A stretch of 64,000 nt of DNA from an uncultured Anaerolineaceae bacterium (GCA_964650135.1 CAZYTQ010000001.1:1434-65433); one strand, 5' to 3'. Shown: positions 8,838-17,984, numbered from the stretch's first letter. Program-made: numbers and translations. The notes: a model not told the origin generated them from the sequence alone.

Positions 8838-10256
8838 GTGGATCAGGAGACCCTGGCAGGGCGGGTCGCGCGGCGACCCATGCGGCAGCGCGCCGTCGCG
8901 GCCGCGATCGGCAGCGCGGTGCTGGTGACCGGATTGTCCGCAGGGGCGGTCGGTGCCCAGTCGCCAGCGGCAGGGGCGTTCGACCCGATGGCCTGCGCCG
9001 GCAAGGTCGTGCGCATCGCCCTCGTGGACGGCGAGCGGGACGATCTGGGCCTGCGCGACAAGGAGGCGGAGATCGAGGCCGCGACCGGCATCGATATCCA
9101 GCTCACCACCATGGCGCTCGCGCAGCTGAACGAGTCCGTCGCCCAGAACCTGCGGGCGCCCGAGTCCGCGTTCGACATCGTCCACACCATCGGCTTCAAC
9201 GTGGCCGGCACCGCTGGCGCGGGACTGCTGGAGGAGCTGACGCCATATGTCAGCGACCCGGCGAAGACACCCGCGGACTACGACTTCGCGGACTTCCCGG
9301 CCGGGCAGCTGGAGTACACCGGGTACTTCGACCCGGCGACCGGCGAGTTCGGTGGGGACCAGCTGTATCTCATCCCGGGCATCCACAGCGGGTCGGTGCT
9401 GCTGTTCTATCGCAGCGACCTCCTCGGCGGCGAGGGCCAGCCGGCCGTGCCCACGACCTGGGCGGAGTACCTCGCGGCTGCCGAGCAGCTGACCACCGAC
9501 GACGTGGCGGGCAGTGCCATGGTGGGCGCCAACGACGTGTCCAACTTCCTGGTGGACTGGTACAGCCGCTTCGTCACGATGGGCGGTCAGCTGACCACCG
9601 GTGACAAGAACGACAAGACCCTCAACACGAACCTCACCAGCCCCGAGGCGATCGCCGCCCTCCAGAACATGATCGACCTGCTGCCGTACTCGCCGGCTGC
9701 GGTCACGAGCTACGGTTTCACGGAGGCGCTGGACGCGTTCCAGACCGGCAGGGTGGCGATGTGGCCGGCGTGGGCGACCATCGCCGGTGCGCTGTACGGC
9801 CCGGACTCCCCGGTCAAGGACACGGTCGCGGTGGCTCCCATGCCTGCCGAGGACGGCAACCCGCGCGGTGTCCGTGGTGGCTGGGGTCTGGGCATCCCCG
9901 CCAACCTCACCCAGGAGCAGAAGGATTGCGCCTGGCTGCTGCTCACGCAGATCACCTCGAAGGACTTCGAGAAGTATCAGGTCATGACCTATCAGACCGA
10001 TCCCAACCGGATCTCGACCGGCTCCGACGCTGAGATCGTGGCGGCGCTGCCGTACATCCCGGCCGCGGTCGGCGCCATCGAGAGCGCGCAGATCCTTGAG
10101 GTCGCCAACATCCCCCAGACCTTCGAGATCGTGGGTGCGGTGGCACGTGAGATCAACCTCGCGCTGACGGGTGCCCAGGACGCACCCACGGCGATGGCCA
10201 ATGCCCAGGCCGCCGCGGAGTCGATCCTCAAGGCTGGTGGCCACCTGGCCGAGTGA
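8838..10256 (+). CDS. ABC transporter substrate-binding protein (family 1 extracellular solute-binding, sugar-type)
   Basis: GTG start 7 nt after a GAGGAGG RBS. The N-terminal signal (RRPMRQRAVAAAIGSAVLVTGLSAGAVGA) and ~470 aa size fit a sugar SBP. Confidence 0.85.
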   Translation: MDQETLAGRVARRPMRQRAVAAAIGSAVLVTGLSAGAVGAQSPAAGAFDPMACAGKVVRIALVDGERDDLGLRDKEAEIEAATGIDIQLTTMALAQLNESVAQNLRAPESAFDIVHTIGFNVAGTAGAGLLEELTPYVSDPAKTPADYDFADFPAGQLEYTGYFDPATGEFGGDQLYLIPGIHSGSVLLFYRSDLLGGEGQPAVPTTWAEYLAAAEQLTTDDVAGSAMVGANDVSNFLVDWYSRFVTMGGQLTTGDKNDKTLNTNLTSPEAIAALQNMIDLLPYSPAAVTSYGFTEALDAFQTGRVAMWPAWATIAGALYGPDSPVKDTVAVAPMPAEDGNPRGVRGGWGLGIPANLTQEQKDCAWLLLTQITSKDFEKYQVMTYQTDPNRISTGSDAEIVAALPYIPAAVGAIESAQILEVANIPQTFEIVGAVAREINLALTGAQDAPTAMANAQAAAESILKAGGHLAE

Positions 10257-10284
10257 CCCTCGACCAGCGATAACGGACCTCATC

Positions 10285-10311
10285 GAGGCGGTGGCCCCAG
10301 GCCACCGCCTC
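10285..10311 (+). promoter_or_regulatory. Perfect inverted repeat (12-bp stem GAGGCGGTGGCC / GGCCACCGCCTC, 3-nt loop) in the SBP-permease intergenic gap
   Basis: Read directly from the sequence. A typical intercistronic stabilizer/attenuator position for ABC operons. Confidence 0.6.
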
Positions 10312-10333
10312 CAGCGTCGCACCCCTGACACCC

Positions 10334-11239
10334 GTGACCGGCACCAGCGCGGAGCACCGTGGTCACCCGCTGCACACGCGGCGGGATGTGCTGCTGCTCG
10401 TCGCGCCCGCCGCGCTGTACCTGGTGGCGTTCTCGGTCTTCCCGCTCATCTACAGCCTGGGCATCAGCTTCTTCGACTGGAGCCAGACGACCAGCACGTT
10501 CACGTTCATCGGACTGGACAACTACGCACGCCTCGCCGCGGACCCGGTGTTCTGGCAGGCATCCATCAACACCGCGATCCTGGTCATCGCGTCCATCGCC
10601 ATCCAGGTGGTCCTGGGGACCGCGCTCGCCCTGTTCTTCGACCTCCACCTGCGCGGTTCCTGGATCGTCCGCGGTGTGCTCATCCTGCCGATGCTGCTCA
10701 CGCCCGTGGTGGTGGGGCTCATGTGGCGAGCCCTGCTCAACCCCGACTGGGGCATGGTCAACTGGATGCTCGGTGAGCTGGGGCTGCCGCAGCCGCTGTG
10801 GCTCGCCGATCCCAAGCTGGCGCTGATCACGCTCGTCCTGGTGGACTCCTGGCAGTGGACGCCGTTCATCATGGTCATCGTGTTCGCGCGTCTCCAGGCG
10901 CTGCCGCAGGACGTGTTCGAGGCATCGGCCGTGGACGGCGCCGGGCGGGCTGCGACGCTCAGGCGCATCACGCTGCCACTGCTTGGGCCGGCCATCGTGT
11001 TCGCGGCGGTCTTCCGGTCCATCGACGCCTTCCGCTCGTTCGATGTGGTGTTCGGGCTCACCTACGGCGGGCCCGGCCGCCTCACCACGACGCTCAGCTT
11101 CTACGCCTGGGAGACCGGCTTCAGCTTCACGCGCTACGGCTACGCCTCCGCCATCGCGTACGTGATGGTGGTCGTCGCGACGATCGCGTTCACGGTCTTC
11201 GCCACGCGCTTCGCGCTGCGCCGGGCGGACGCCAGATGA
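10334..11239 (+). CDS. Carbohydrate ABC transporter permease (MalF/UgpA-type)
   Basis: Six-TM protein with EASAVDGAGRAATLRRITLPLLGPAI (EAA loop). Confidence 0.85.
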   Translation: MTGTSAEHRGHPLHTRRDVLLLVAPAALYLVAFSVFPLIYSLGISFFDWSQTTSTFTFIGLDNYARLAADPVFWQASINTAILVIASIAIQVVLGTALALFFDLHLRGSWIVRGVLILPMLLTPVVVGLMWRALLNPDWGMVNWMLGELGLPQPLWLADPKLALITLVLVDSWQWTPFIMVIVFARLQALPQDVFEASAVDGAGRAATLRRITLPLLGPAIVFAAVFRSIDAFRSFDVVFGLTYGGPGRLTTTLSFYAWETGFSFTRYGYASAIAYVMVVVATIAFTVFATRFALRRADAR

Positions 11240-12069
11240 GGACGCGGCGACTGGAGCGTGCGTTCGCCTATCTGCTCCTGGTGCTCATCGCCATCATCGG
11301 GTTCGCGCCGTTCGTGGTCATCGTGCTCCTGAGCACCAAGGCCCGCATCGAGATCCTCCAGGTACCGCCCTCCCTCGACCTCGATATCGACCAGATCGTG
11401 ACCAACTATCGCGACGTGCTCATCAACCGTGGGTTCCTGGGCTACACCGTGAACTCGATCATGGTCACGACCATCACGGTGGTCGTGGCGCTGATGATCG
11501 CGGCGCCCGCCGCGTACGCCTTCTCGCGCATCCCGTTCGCGCGCCGCGATGGCTGGGCGAACACGGTGCTCAGCCTGCGCTTCATGCCGGCGGTGGCCGT
11601 GGCCATCCCGATCCTGCTGATGATGCGGTTCATCGACCTCGACGACACGCTGCCGGGCCTGGTCATCCCCTACGTGGCCTTCAGCCTGCCGCTCGCCATC
11701 TGGATCCTCATCGGCTTCTTTGACGAGATCCCTCGCGAGCTCGATGATGCGGCCATGGTGGACGGCTGCACCCGCCTGCGGGTGCTGTGGTCGGTGATGC
11801 TGCCCCTCGTCCGACCCGGGCTCATCGTGGCGGCGATCTTCGCGGCCATCTTCATCTGGAACGAGTTCCTGGTGGGCATGTACATCGTCAACTCCCAGGG
11901 CCTCAAGACGATCCCCCTCGGCGCTGCGGGCCTGATCTCCGCGCAACGGCCCATCGACTGGAACGTGGCCGCCACGGTCGGCGTCGTGACCATCATCCCC
12001 ATCTTCCTGTTCTCGCTGTTCGTGCAGCGATACATCGTGCGCGGGATCACCGCAGGAGCTGTCAAGTGA
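11236..12069 (+). CDS. Carbohydrate ABC transporter permease (MalG-type)
   Basis: ATGA overlap with the upstream permease. DDAAMVDGCTRLRVLWSVMLPLVRPGL EAA loop. Confidence 0.85.
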   Translation: MRTRRLERAFAYLLLVLIAIIGFAPFVVIVLLSTKARIEILQVPPSLDLDIDQIVTNYRDVLINRGFLGYTVNSIMVTTITVVVALMIAAPAAYAFSRIPFARRDGWANTVLSLRFMPAVAVAIPILLMMRFIDLDDTLPGLVIPYVAFSLPLAIWILIGFFDEIPRELDDAAMVDGCTRLRVLWSVMLPLVRPGLIVAAIFAAIFIWNEFLVGMYIVNSQGLKTIPLGAAGLISAQRPIDWNVAATVGVVTIIPIFLFSLFVQRYIVRGITAGAVK

Positions 12070-12965
12070 GCGGATCCGACACACCCACCCACGAGCTGCT
12101 CGCCGACGGGCTCGGCTGGGCGGAAGGCCCCACGGTCCTGCCCGACGGCCGCATCTGCTTCGTGGAGAGCTATCGCAGCCAGGTCTCGGTCTGGCAGCGC
12201 GACCGGGGTGTGCGTCGCTACGCGTACACCGCGGGTGCGCCCAACTCGTGCGTCCTTGGGGATGGGGGCCGGATGTATGTCTGCCAGAACGGCGGCACGG
12301 TCGGGCCGTGGCGGGCCGAGGAGATGTCCGTGCCCTCGATCCAGGTCATCGAGTCGGAGGGCGGACCAGCGCGCATCATCGCGACCGAGCTCGACGGCCG
12401 GACCTTCCATGGCCCCAATGACCTGGTCTTCGGCCCGGATGGCCGCCTCTACTTCACCGACCCGGGCACCTATCGCCCGGCCGATCCGGAGCCGTCGTAC
12501 CTGTTCGTGCTGGAGGCCGATGGCTCCGGTCGTCTGCTCGCGGAGCTCGACCCGCCCACGTTCCCCAACGGCATCGCCATCGAGGCGGACGGCAGCGTCG
12601 TGTGGGCCGAGTCGTACACCGGCATGGTGCGTCGGCTCCGTCCCGGGACGGGCGTCATCGAGGACATCGCGAGGCTGCCCGGCGAGAAGCCCGTCGCGGA
12701 CGGCATGGCCGTGGGCGCCGACGGCCGGCTGTACGTGACGACCGTCAACGGAGGGGGCATCGATGTCATCCGTTCGGACGGCACCTACGACCGCTTCATC
12801 AAGGCCGGTGCCATCCCCACCAACTGCGTGTTCGCGGGCACCGACCTGATCATGACCGACGCGGGTGTCCTCGCGGATTCGGCCGATGCATCCTTCGGGG
12901 GCCAGGTCTGGCGCATCCCGCTGGGTGTCACCGGCCTGCCCACCTGGACCGGCCGCATCGGCTGA
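12066..12965 (+). CDS. SMP-30/gluconolactonase/LRE-family lactonase
   Basis: GTGA overlap with the permease stop. LGWAEGPTVLPDGRICFVES, GRLYFTDPG, PNGIAIEADG beta-propeller lactonase motifs. Confidence 0.8.
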   Translation: MSGSDTPTHELLADGLGWAEGPTVLPDGRICFVESYRSQVSVWQRDRGVRRYAYTAGAPNSCVLGDGGRMYVCQNGGTVGPWRAEEMSVPSIQVIESEGGPARIIATELDGRTFHGPNDLVFGPDGRLYFTDPGTYRPADPEPSYLFVLEADGSGRLLAELDPPTFPNGIAIEADGSVVWAESYTGMVRRLRPGTGVIEDIARLPGEKPVADGMAVGADGRLYVTTVNGGGIDVIRSDGTYDRFIKAGAIPTNCVFAGTDLIMTDAGVLADSADASFGGQVWRIPLGVTGLPTWTGRIG

Positions 12966-13019
12966 CGCCCACCCCTTCGAGCGGCCCGAGCGGGCCGACC
13001 CACCATCCACGAGGACGAC

Positions 13020-13325
13020 ATGGACTTCCTGGTGCACATCACGTTCACCTGGCCGGCCGGCATCACGGCCGACGAGCAGCAGCGGCTCATCACCGCGGAG
13101 GGGCAGCGTGCCCGCGAGCTGGCTGCAGCCGGCCATCTCAAGCGGCTCTGGCGCATCCCCGGTCAGCGTGCCAACTGGGGCATCTGGCACGCTGCTGACG
13201 CCACGGAGCTCCACGCGGCGCTGTCGTCGCTGCCGATGTTCCCCCACCTGGTCGCCACGGTCCACCTCCTTGGCGACCATCCCAACGACCCCGCCAGCTG
13301 GACCGACCAGGAGGCCACGAGGTGA
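13020..13325 (+). CDS. Muconolactone delta-isomerase (MLI/CatC) family protein
   Basis: This 101-aa protein aligns with CatC along its length (LWRI.G..AN......A....ELH..L..LP.FP pattern: LKRLWRIPGQRANWGIWHAADATELHAALSSLPMFPHL). Confidence 0.65.
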   Translation: MDFLVHITFTWPAGITADEQQRLITAEGQRARELAAAGHLKRLWRIPGQRANWGIWHAADATELHAALSSLPMFPHLVATVHLLGDHPNDPASWTDQEATR

Positions 13326-14140
13326 CCGACCAGCGCGCTGCGGATGACCAGGAGCTCACCATCCCGGCGGGCTTCGTGGATGGCCTGTTCGACCTGGGCG
13401 GCCGGGTGGCCGTCGTGACCGGCGCCGGCTCGGGTCTCGGCCGGGCGATCTCCATCGGCTATGCCCAAGCGGGCGTGACCGTGGTCGTTGCTGACGTGAA
13501 CGATCAGGGCACCTCGGAGACCGTGGACCTCATCCGCGCCCAGGGCGGAGCGGCTACCGCGCACCATCTCGATGTGACCTCGAAGGAGCAGGTCGATGGG
13601 CTTGCCGAGCTGGTGGTCCGCGACCACGGGCACGTGGACATCCTGGTCAACTCGGCCGGCTCCGCGTTCCGCTCGCCCGCCGAGGACTTCCCGGAGGAGC
13701 GCTTCGACTTCATCCTGGACCTGAACCTCAAGGGCACCTACCTATGCTGCCAGGCATTCGGGCGACCGATGCTTGCCCAAGGCAAGGGCAGCATCATCAA
13801 CCTGGCCTCGATCGGCTCGTTCATCGCGTATCCGTGGGCGAGCGCCTATCTCGCGTCGAAGGGCGGCGTCCTGGGTGTCACGCGTGCGCTCGCGCTCGAG
13901 TGGCGTGACCGGGGCGTCAGGGTCAACGGCATCGGACCCACGCTCATGGACTCGCCCCTGACGCGTGCCGCCGCTCAGCGCACCTCGATCACGGCAGACT
14001 GGATCAAGGGGCGCATGCTGCGACCCCGGCTGGGCCTGCCGCGTGAGCTCATCGGTGCGGCGATCTTCCTCGCCAGCGACGCCGCGGAGCTGGTCACCGG
14101 CCATACCCTGATGTGCGACGACGGGTACCTGGTCGCATAG
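13322..14140 (+). CDS. SDR family oxidoreductase
   Basis: VVTGAGSGLG, NSAG, YLASKGG. Confidence 0.8.
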   Translation: MTDQRAADDQELTIPAGFVDGLFDLGGRVAVVTGAGSGLGRAISIGYAQAGVTVVVADVNDQGTSETVDLIRAQGGAATAHHLDVTSKEQVDGLAELVVRDHGHVDILVNSAGSAFRSPAEDFPEERFDFILDLNLKGTYLCCQAFGRPMLAQGKGSIINLASIGSFIAYPWASAYLASKGGVLGVTRALALEWRDRGVRVNGIGPTLMDSPLTRAAAQRTSITADWIKGRMLRPRLGLPRELIGAAIFLASDAAELVTGHTLMCDDGYLVA

Positions 14141-14169
14141 CACCGTGAGGCTCTAGACTGGTCAGGCCA

Positions 14170-15324
14170 GTGAATGTGGAGGGATCAGTGCCCGACGTCG
14201 ATCGTATCGTCCGTGTCCGTGCGGCGACCATCCTGCATGAGCTCGAGGTGCCCATCGTGTTCGGCACCTGGATCATGCGCCACCGCGAGTTCTTCCTCGT
14301 GCGCATCGACGCCGAGAGCGGGCTCACCGGATTCGCCTTCGGCCTGACCCGTGATGGACCCCTGGCGGCCATCATCGAGCGGACCATCGGGCCCCAGTAC
14401 GTGGGGGAGCCGGTGACCGATCCCGAGACGGCCTTCCACAAGGCGCTCTGGTCGAACAACTCGGTCCATGCGGCCGGTATCGGCATGCGGGCCCTGTCCG
14501 TCGTGGATTGCGCCGCGTGGGACCTCGCGGCGAAGGCCGCCGGCCAGAACATCACCGCGTACCTCGGAGGTGGCCGGGAGCGCATGCCCGTCACAGGCAT
14601 CGTGGGCTACCCGCCGAGCATCAGCCCTCAGGCGACCGTCGACCAGGTCACGGCGCTCTGGGACCAGGGCTGGCGCCGATTCAAGCTGCCCATCGGGCCC
14701 ACCCGCGACGAGTCGATCGCGCGTCTGCGGGCAGCTCGCGAGGCCTACCCGGACGCATGGCTGGGCATCGATGCCAACTTCCTGCACAAGACGTCCGCGG
14801 ACGCCATCGAGTTCGGCCGGCGCCTCGACGGCCTGGATGTCGGGTGGTTCGAGGACATCGTGCCCCCCGGCGACGCCCAGATGGTGCGCGAGATCCGGGA
14901 GGGCATCTCCACGCCCGTCGCGATGGGCGACGAGCAGGGCGGCTCGTATCACCCACAGGCGCTGCTGAAGTTCGATGCCGTGGACGTCAACCGCGTGGAC
15001 GCCACGACGAATGGCGGCATCACCCGGTTGCGAGGCATCGCGCAGCAGGTCAAGGAGCACGGCAACCAGCTGTCGACCCACATGTATCCCCACATCCACA
15101 GCCAGGTCATGGGGGCGCTCGGCCACACCGACGTGCCCATCGAGTGGGGGGTGCCCTATACGGGCGTCCACCCCATGGACGACCCGCTGGTCCAGCCTGT
15201 CGTGCGCGACGGGCTCATGGACCCGCTGCCGGACCTGCCCGGCTTCGGCGTACTGGTCGATCCGGCGTGGATCGCCCAGCAGTCCCAGGTCACCGACACC
15301 CAGGGGTTGCTGGACGACCTGTAG
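14170..15324 (+). CDS. Enolase-superfamily protein (mandelate racemase/muconate lactonizing enzyme family; probable acid-sugar dehydratase)
   Basis: ~384 aa. The metal-ligand region (GIDANFLHKT...DVGWFEDIVPPGD...MGDEQG) is consistent with MR/MLE-family D-E-D ligands. The C-terminus resembles the fragment at 3..158. Confidence 0.75.
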   Translation: MNVEGSVPDVDRIVRVRAATILHELEVPIVFGTWIMRHREFFLVRIDAESGLTGFAFGLTRDGPLAAIIERTIGPQYVGEPVTDPETAFHKALWSNNSVHAAGIGMRALSVVDCAAWDLAAKAAGQNITAYLGGGRERMPVTGIVGYPPSISPQATVDQVTALWDQGWRRFKLPIGPTRDESIARLRAAREAYPDAWLGIDANFLHKTSADAIEFGRRLDGLDVGWFEDIVPPGDAQMVREIREGISTPVAMGDEQGGSYHPQALLKFDAVDVNRVDATTNGGITRLRGIAQQVKEHGNQLSTHMYPHIHSQVMGALGHTDVPIEWGVPYTGVHPMDDPLVQPVVRDGLMDPLPDLPGFGVLVDPAWIAQQSQVTDTQGLLDDL

Positions 15325-15382
15325 CTCGCCCGCGGTCGCCACTCCCGTCTCCCATCCTCGCCGCGTCACACCGGAGGTTCCC

Positions 15383-15859
15383 GTGCCTACCATCACCCGC
15401 CCGCATCACATGGGTATCCAGGTCGCCGACCTCGAGCGGTCACTGGCCTTCTACCGCGACATCCTCGGCTTCGAGGTGGTGTTCCAGTGGAACCCGCAGG
15501 CCGAGTACATCCGGACGATCGTGGGCTACCCGGACGCGGACATCCATGCCGCGATCCTGCGGATGCCCGCCGACACCGGCGTGTTCCTGGAGATCCTGGA
15601 GTACCGCAACGTCGAGAAGACGCCCGTCGATACCCGAACGGCCAATCCGGGCACCGCGCATCTCGCGTTCTTCACGGATGACTGCGACGCGTTGTACGAG
15701 GAGCTGGTCGCCAAGGGCGTCAAGTCGGTCAACCCGCCCGTGACCCCGACCATCGGCCCCAACACCGGTGGCCGGGCGGTGTACATGATCGACCCCGACG
15801 GTATCCGGGTGGAGTTCATCACGTCGAAGCAGGCCTTCGACGGCACGCCCAACGAGTAG
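15383..15859 (+). CDS. VOC (glyoxalase/dioxygenase-fold) family protein
   Basis: GTG start 5 nt after a GGAGG RBS. HHMGIQVADLERSLAFYRDILGFEV...HLAFFTDD. Confidence 0.7.
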   Translation: MPTITRPHHMGIQVADLERSLAFYRDILGFEVVFQWNPQAEYIRTIVGYPDADIHAAILRMPADTGVFLEILEYRNVEKTPVDTRTANPGTAHLAFFTDDCDALYEELVAKGVKSVNPPVTPTIGPNTGGRAVYMIDPDGIRVEFITSKQAFDGTPNE

Positions 15860-15866
15860 GCCCGCC

Positions 15867-16823
15867 ATGACGGACCTGGTGATGACGGTCCGGGGCCCCG
15901 TCGACGCGTCGACGCTGGGCTTCGGCCTGCCCCACGAGCATCTGCGCGTCGACCTCATCCGGGTGTTCCCCGCCGCGATGCTGGCATTCGACTTCCAGCT
16001 CCTCGACGAGGAGCTCCAGACCGACGAGGCGCGTCGGTTCGTGGATGCGGTCCAGGCCGGTGGCTGGCCGGGCGTCCCCTGGATCGTGGACGTGACGACC
16101 GATGCGCGGATGGGTCGTGACCCGGCCTTCCTGCAGCGCGTCTCGGAGGCGCTCGACATGCCCATCGTCATGGGCTGCGGCCGCTACCGCGAGCCGTGGT
16201 ACGAACCCGGCTTCGCGGAGCGCACCACCCGCCAGCTCGGGGACCTCCTGACCGCCGAGATCGAGCAGGGGGTCGGCGACACCGGCATCCGAGCCGGCAT
16301 CATCGGCGAGCTGGGAGCCGATCACGACTTCGTGAGCCCTGCCGAGGAGCGCACGCTCAGGGCCGCGGCGATCGCACATGCCCGCACCGGCGTGCCCATC
16401 ACGCTCCATGCTCGATTCGGCCAGGTGGGCATCGCCCAGCTGGACATCCTCGAGGAGGGCGGCGTGCGACCCTCCCGGATCATCGTGGGCCACACGGACA
16501 CGGATCCGGATCTCGACTACCACGAGGCCATCGCCCGTCGGGGAGCGTGGGTCCAGTACGACTGCATCAGAGGGCGCGTGCCCCTGGTGCCCGAGCGTCG
16601 CGTGCGCTACCTGCTGGAGGCCCGTCGTCGTGGCTTCCTGGACCGGGTGCTGCTCTCGCACGACGTGTGTGCCTTGTCGATGCTGCGGGCATACGGCGGC
16701 ACCGGCTACGACTACCTGCCACGCGACTTCATGGGACTGCTGCGGGAGCGTGGCTTCCTGGAGGAGGAGCTGCTCGGCCTCGTCATCGAGCAGCCACGCC
16801 AGGCGATGGTGCCGGCGGTCTGA
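15867..16823 (+). CDS. Phosphotriesterase-family (PTE-like lactonase, PLL) amidohydrolase-fold protein
   Basis: N-terminal LGFGLPHEHL (PTE-family HxH metal motif) and ~318 aa TIM-barrel size. Distant paralogs at 23664 and 37043. Confidence 0.8.
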   Translation: MTDLVMTVRGPVDASTLGFGLPHEHLRVDLIRVFPAAMLAFDFQLLDEELQTDEARRFVDAVQAGGWPGVPWIVDVTTDARMGRDPAFLQRVSEALDMPIVMGCGRYREPWYEPGFAERTTRQLGDLLTAEIEQGVGDTGIRAGIIGELGADHDFVSPAEERTLRAAAIAHARTGVPITLHARFGQVGIAQLDILEEGGVRPSRIIVGHTDTDPDLDYHEAIARRGAWVQYDCIRGRVPLVPERRVRYLLEARRRGFLDRVLLSHDVCALSMLRAYGGTGYDYLPRDFMGLLRERGFLEEELLGLVIEQPRQAMVPAV

Positions 16824-16824
16824 G

Positions 16825-17949
16825 TCATCCATCCCGGTCGCGGACGAGCGAGCGTGGTGGGTTCCAGTGCGCAGTACGTGAGGTCGAGTCCCGCGCGATG
16901 AGCTGCGGCTCGCCGGCGACCACGATCTCCCGGCGAGGGTTGCCGCCGAGACGCCACATCAGCTCATCGACGGCCTGACGGCCGAGCTCCTCGAGGGGCA
17001 GCACGACCGTGGTCAGCGCGGGCCGCAGGAAGTGCGCCACGGGGAAGTCGTGGAGCGCCACGACGCTCAGGTCCTCCGGCACCCGCCGGCCGAGCCCCTG
17101 TGCGGCTCCGACCACGCCCGCGGCGACGATGATGTTGGTCGCCACGACCCCGGTGACGTCGTGGTCGGTGAGCAGGCGCAACGCCGCCGCGTGGCCGGAA
17201 TCGGGGTCCCAGCCTTCGCCATGGACGGTCGTCACGGATGCTCCCACCCGCGCGGCCGCTGCCGCGACACCGGCCTGACGCCGCTGGGTGTTGTCGATGC
17301 CCGATGGCCCGGCCACATGGCCCAGGCGTCGATGGCCCAGGGCCAGGAGATGGTCCGCGGCCACGGCTGCTGCTGCCCGATCATCCACGATCACGCTGCC
17401 CGCCACACCCGGAACGCGCCGGTTGACGATGACCATCGGGCGACGGCCCTGATCGAGCGCGCGCAGCACCTCGTCGTCCACGCGACCGGACGCGACCAGG
17501 AGGCCATCGACCCGGTCCTCGTGGAGCAATCGCGCGAAGGCAGGCTCCGAGGCATCGGCTCCCGCGCGATCCAGCTCGCGCACGATGACCACCATGTAAC
17601 CGAGCTCGGATGCCCGCTGCTCCGCGCCCTCCACGATGGGCGCGTAGAACGGGTTCATCAGGTCCGGCAGCACGAATCCGATGGTCCAGGTGCGTGCGAG
17701 GCGCAGGCCGCGCGCCTGGACGTTGGGCCGGTACTCGAGCTGGCGCAGGGAACGCTCGACCCGCTCCCTGGTCGTGTCCGAGACCCGCAGTCGTGGGTCA
17801 CCGTTGACGACCCGCGACACGACGCTGACATCCACGTCCGCGTGGGCGGCCACGTCCCGCAGGGTGGTCGGCCGTGTGCCGCTCGGGCCCACCAGACCCG
17901 TTGCGTCCCCGGCACGGGCGTGACCCGTCGTGCCTCTTGACGCCGCCAT
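16825..17949 (-). CDS. LacI-family transcriptional regulator
   Basis: N-terminal HTH (TTLRDVAAHADVDVSVVSRVVNG) followed by a periplasmic-binding-like effector domain. Start taken at MAASRG; the MTKR start 36 nt upstream would bury the operator in coding sequence. Confidence 0.85.
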   Translation of the reverse strand: MAASRGTTGHARAGDATGLVGPSGTRPTTLRDVAAHADVDVSVVSRVVNGDPRLRVSDTTRERVERSLRQLEYRPNVQARGLRLARTWTIGFVLPDLMNPFYAPIVEGAEQRASELGYMVVIVRELDRAGADASEPAFARLLHEDRVDGLLVASGRVDDEVLRALDQGRRPMVIVNRRVPGVAGSVIVDDRAAAAVAADHLLALGHRRLGHVAGPSGIDNTQRRQAGVAAAAARVGASVTTVHGEGWDPDSGHAAALRLLTDHDVTGVVATNIIVAAGVVGAAQGLGRRVPEDLSVVALHDFPVAHFLRPALTTVVLPLEELGRQAVDELMWRLGGNPRREIVVAGEPQLIARDSTSRTAHWNPPRSLVRDRDG

Positions 17950-17965
17950 GTCCGACCTCGTAGCC

Positions 17966-17984
17966 TTGGTCAAACGTTTGGTCA
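17966..17984. promoter_or_regulatory. Candidate LacI operator TTGGTCAAACGTTTGGTCA (core palindrome CAAACGTTTG; TGGTCA direct repeats flanking AACGTT)
   Basis: Read from the sequence. It lies in the 57-nt divergent gap between lacI-like 16825..17949 (-) and the ABC ATPase gene at 18007 (+). The central CG palindrome is typical of LacI-family operators. Confidence 0.45.

Noticed and set aside
8085-10331. 748-aa minus-strand ORF
   Set aside because: Antisense to a well-supported SBP gene (8838..10256). Composition is the high-GC shadow-ORF type.
15867-16823. Interpreting the three PTE-family genes as organophosphate (pesticide) hydrolases
   Set aside because: Their context is sugar transporters, dehydrogenases and other lactonases. 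PTE-like lactonases with a sugar or AHL lactone as the native substrate are the more parsimonious reading. True OPH/Pdp-type enzymes are usually plasmid or transposon-borne, and no mobile element is present here.
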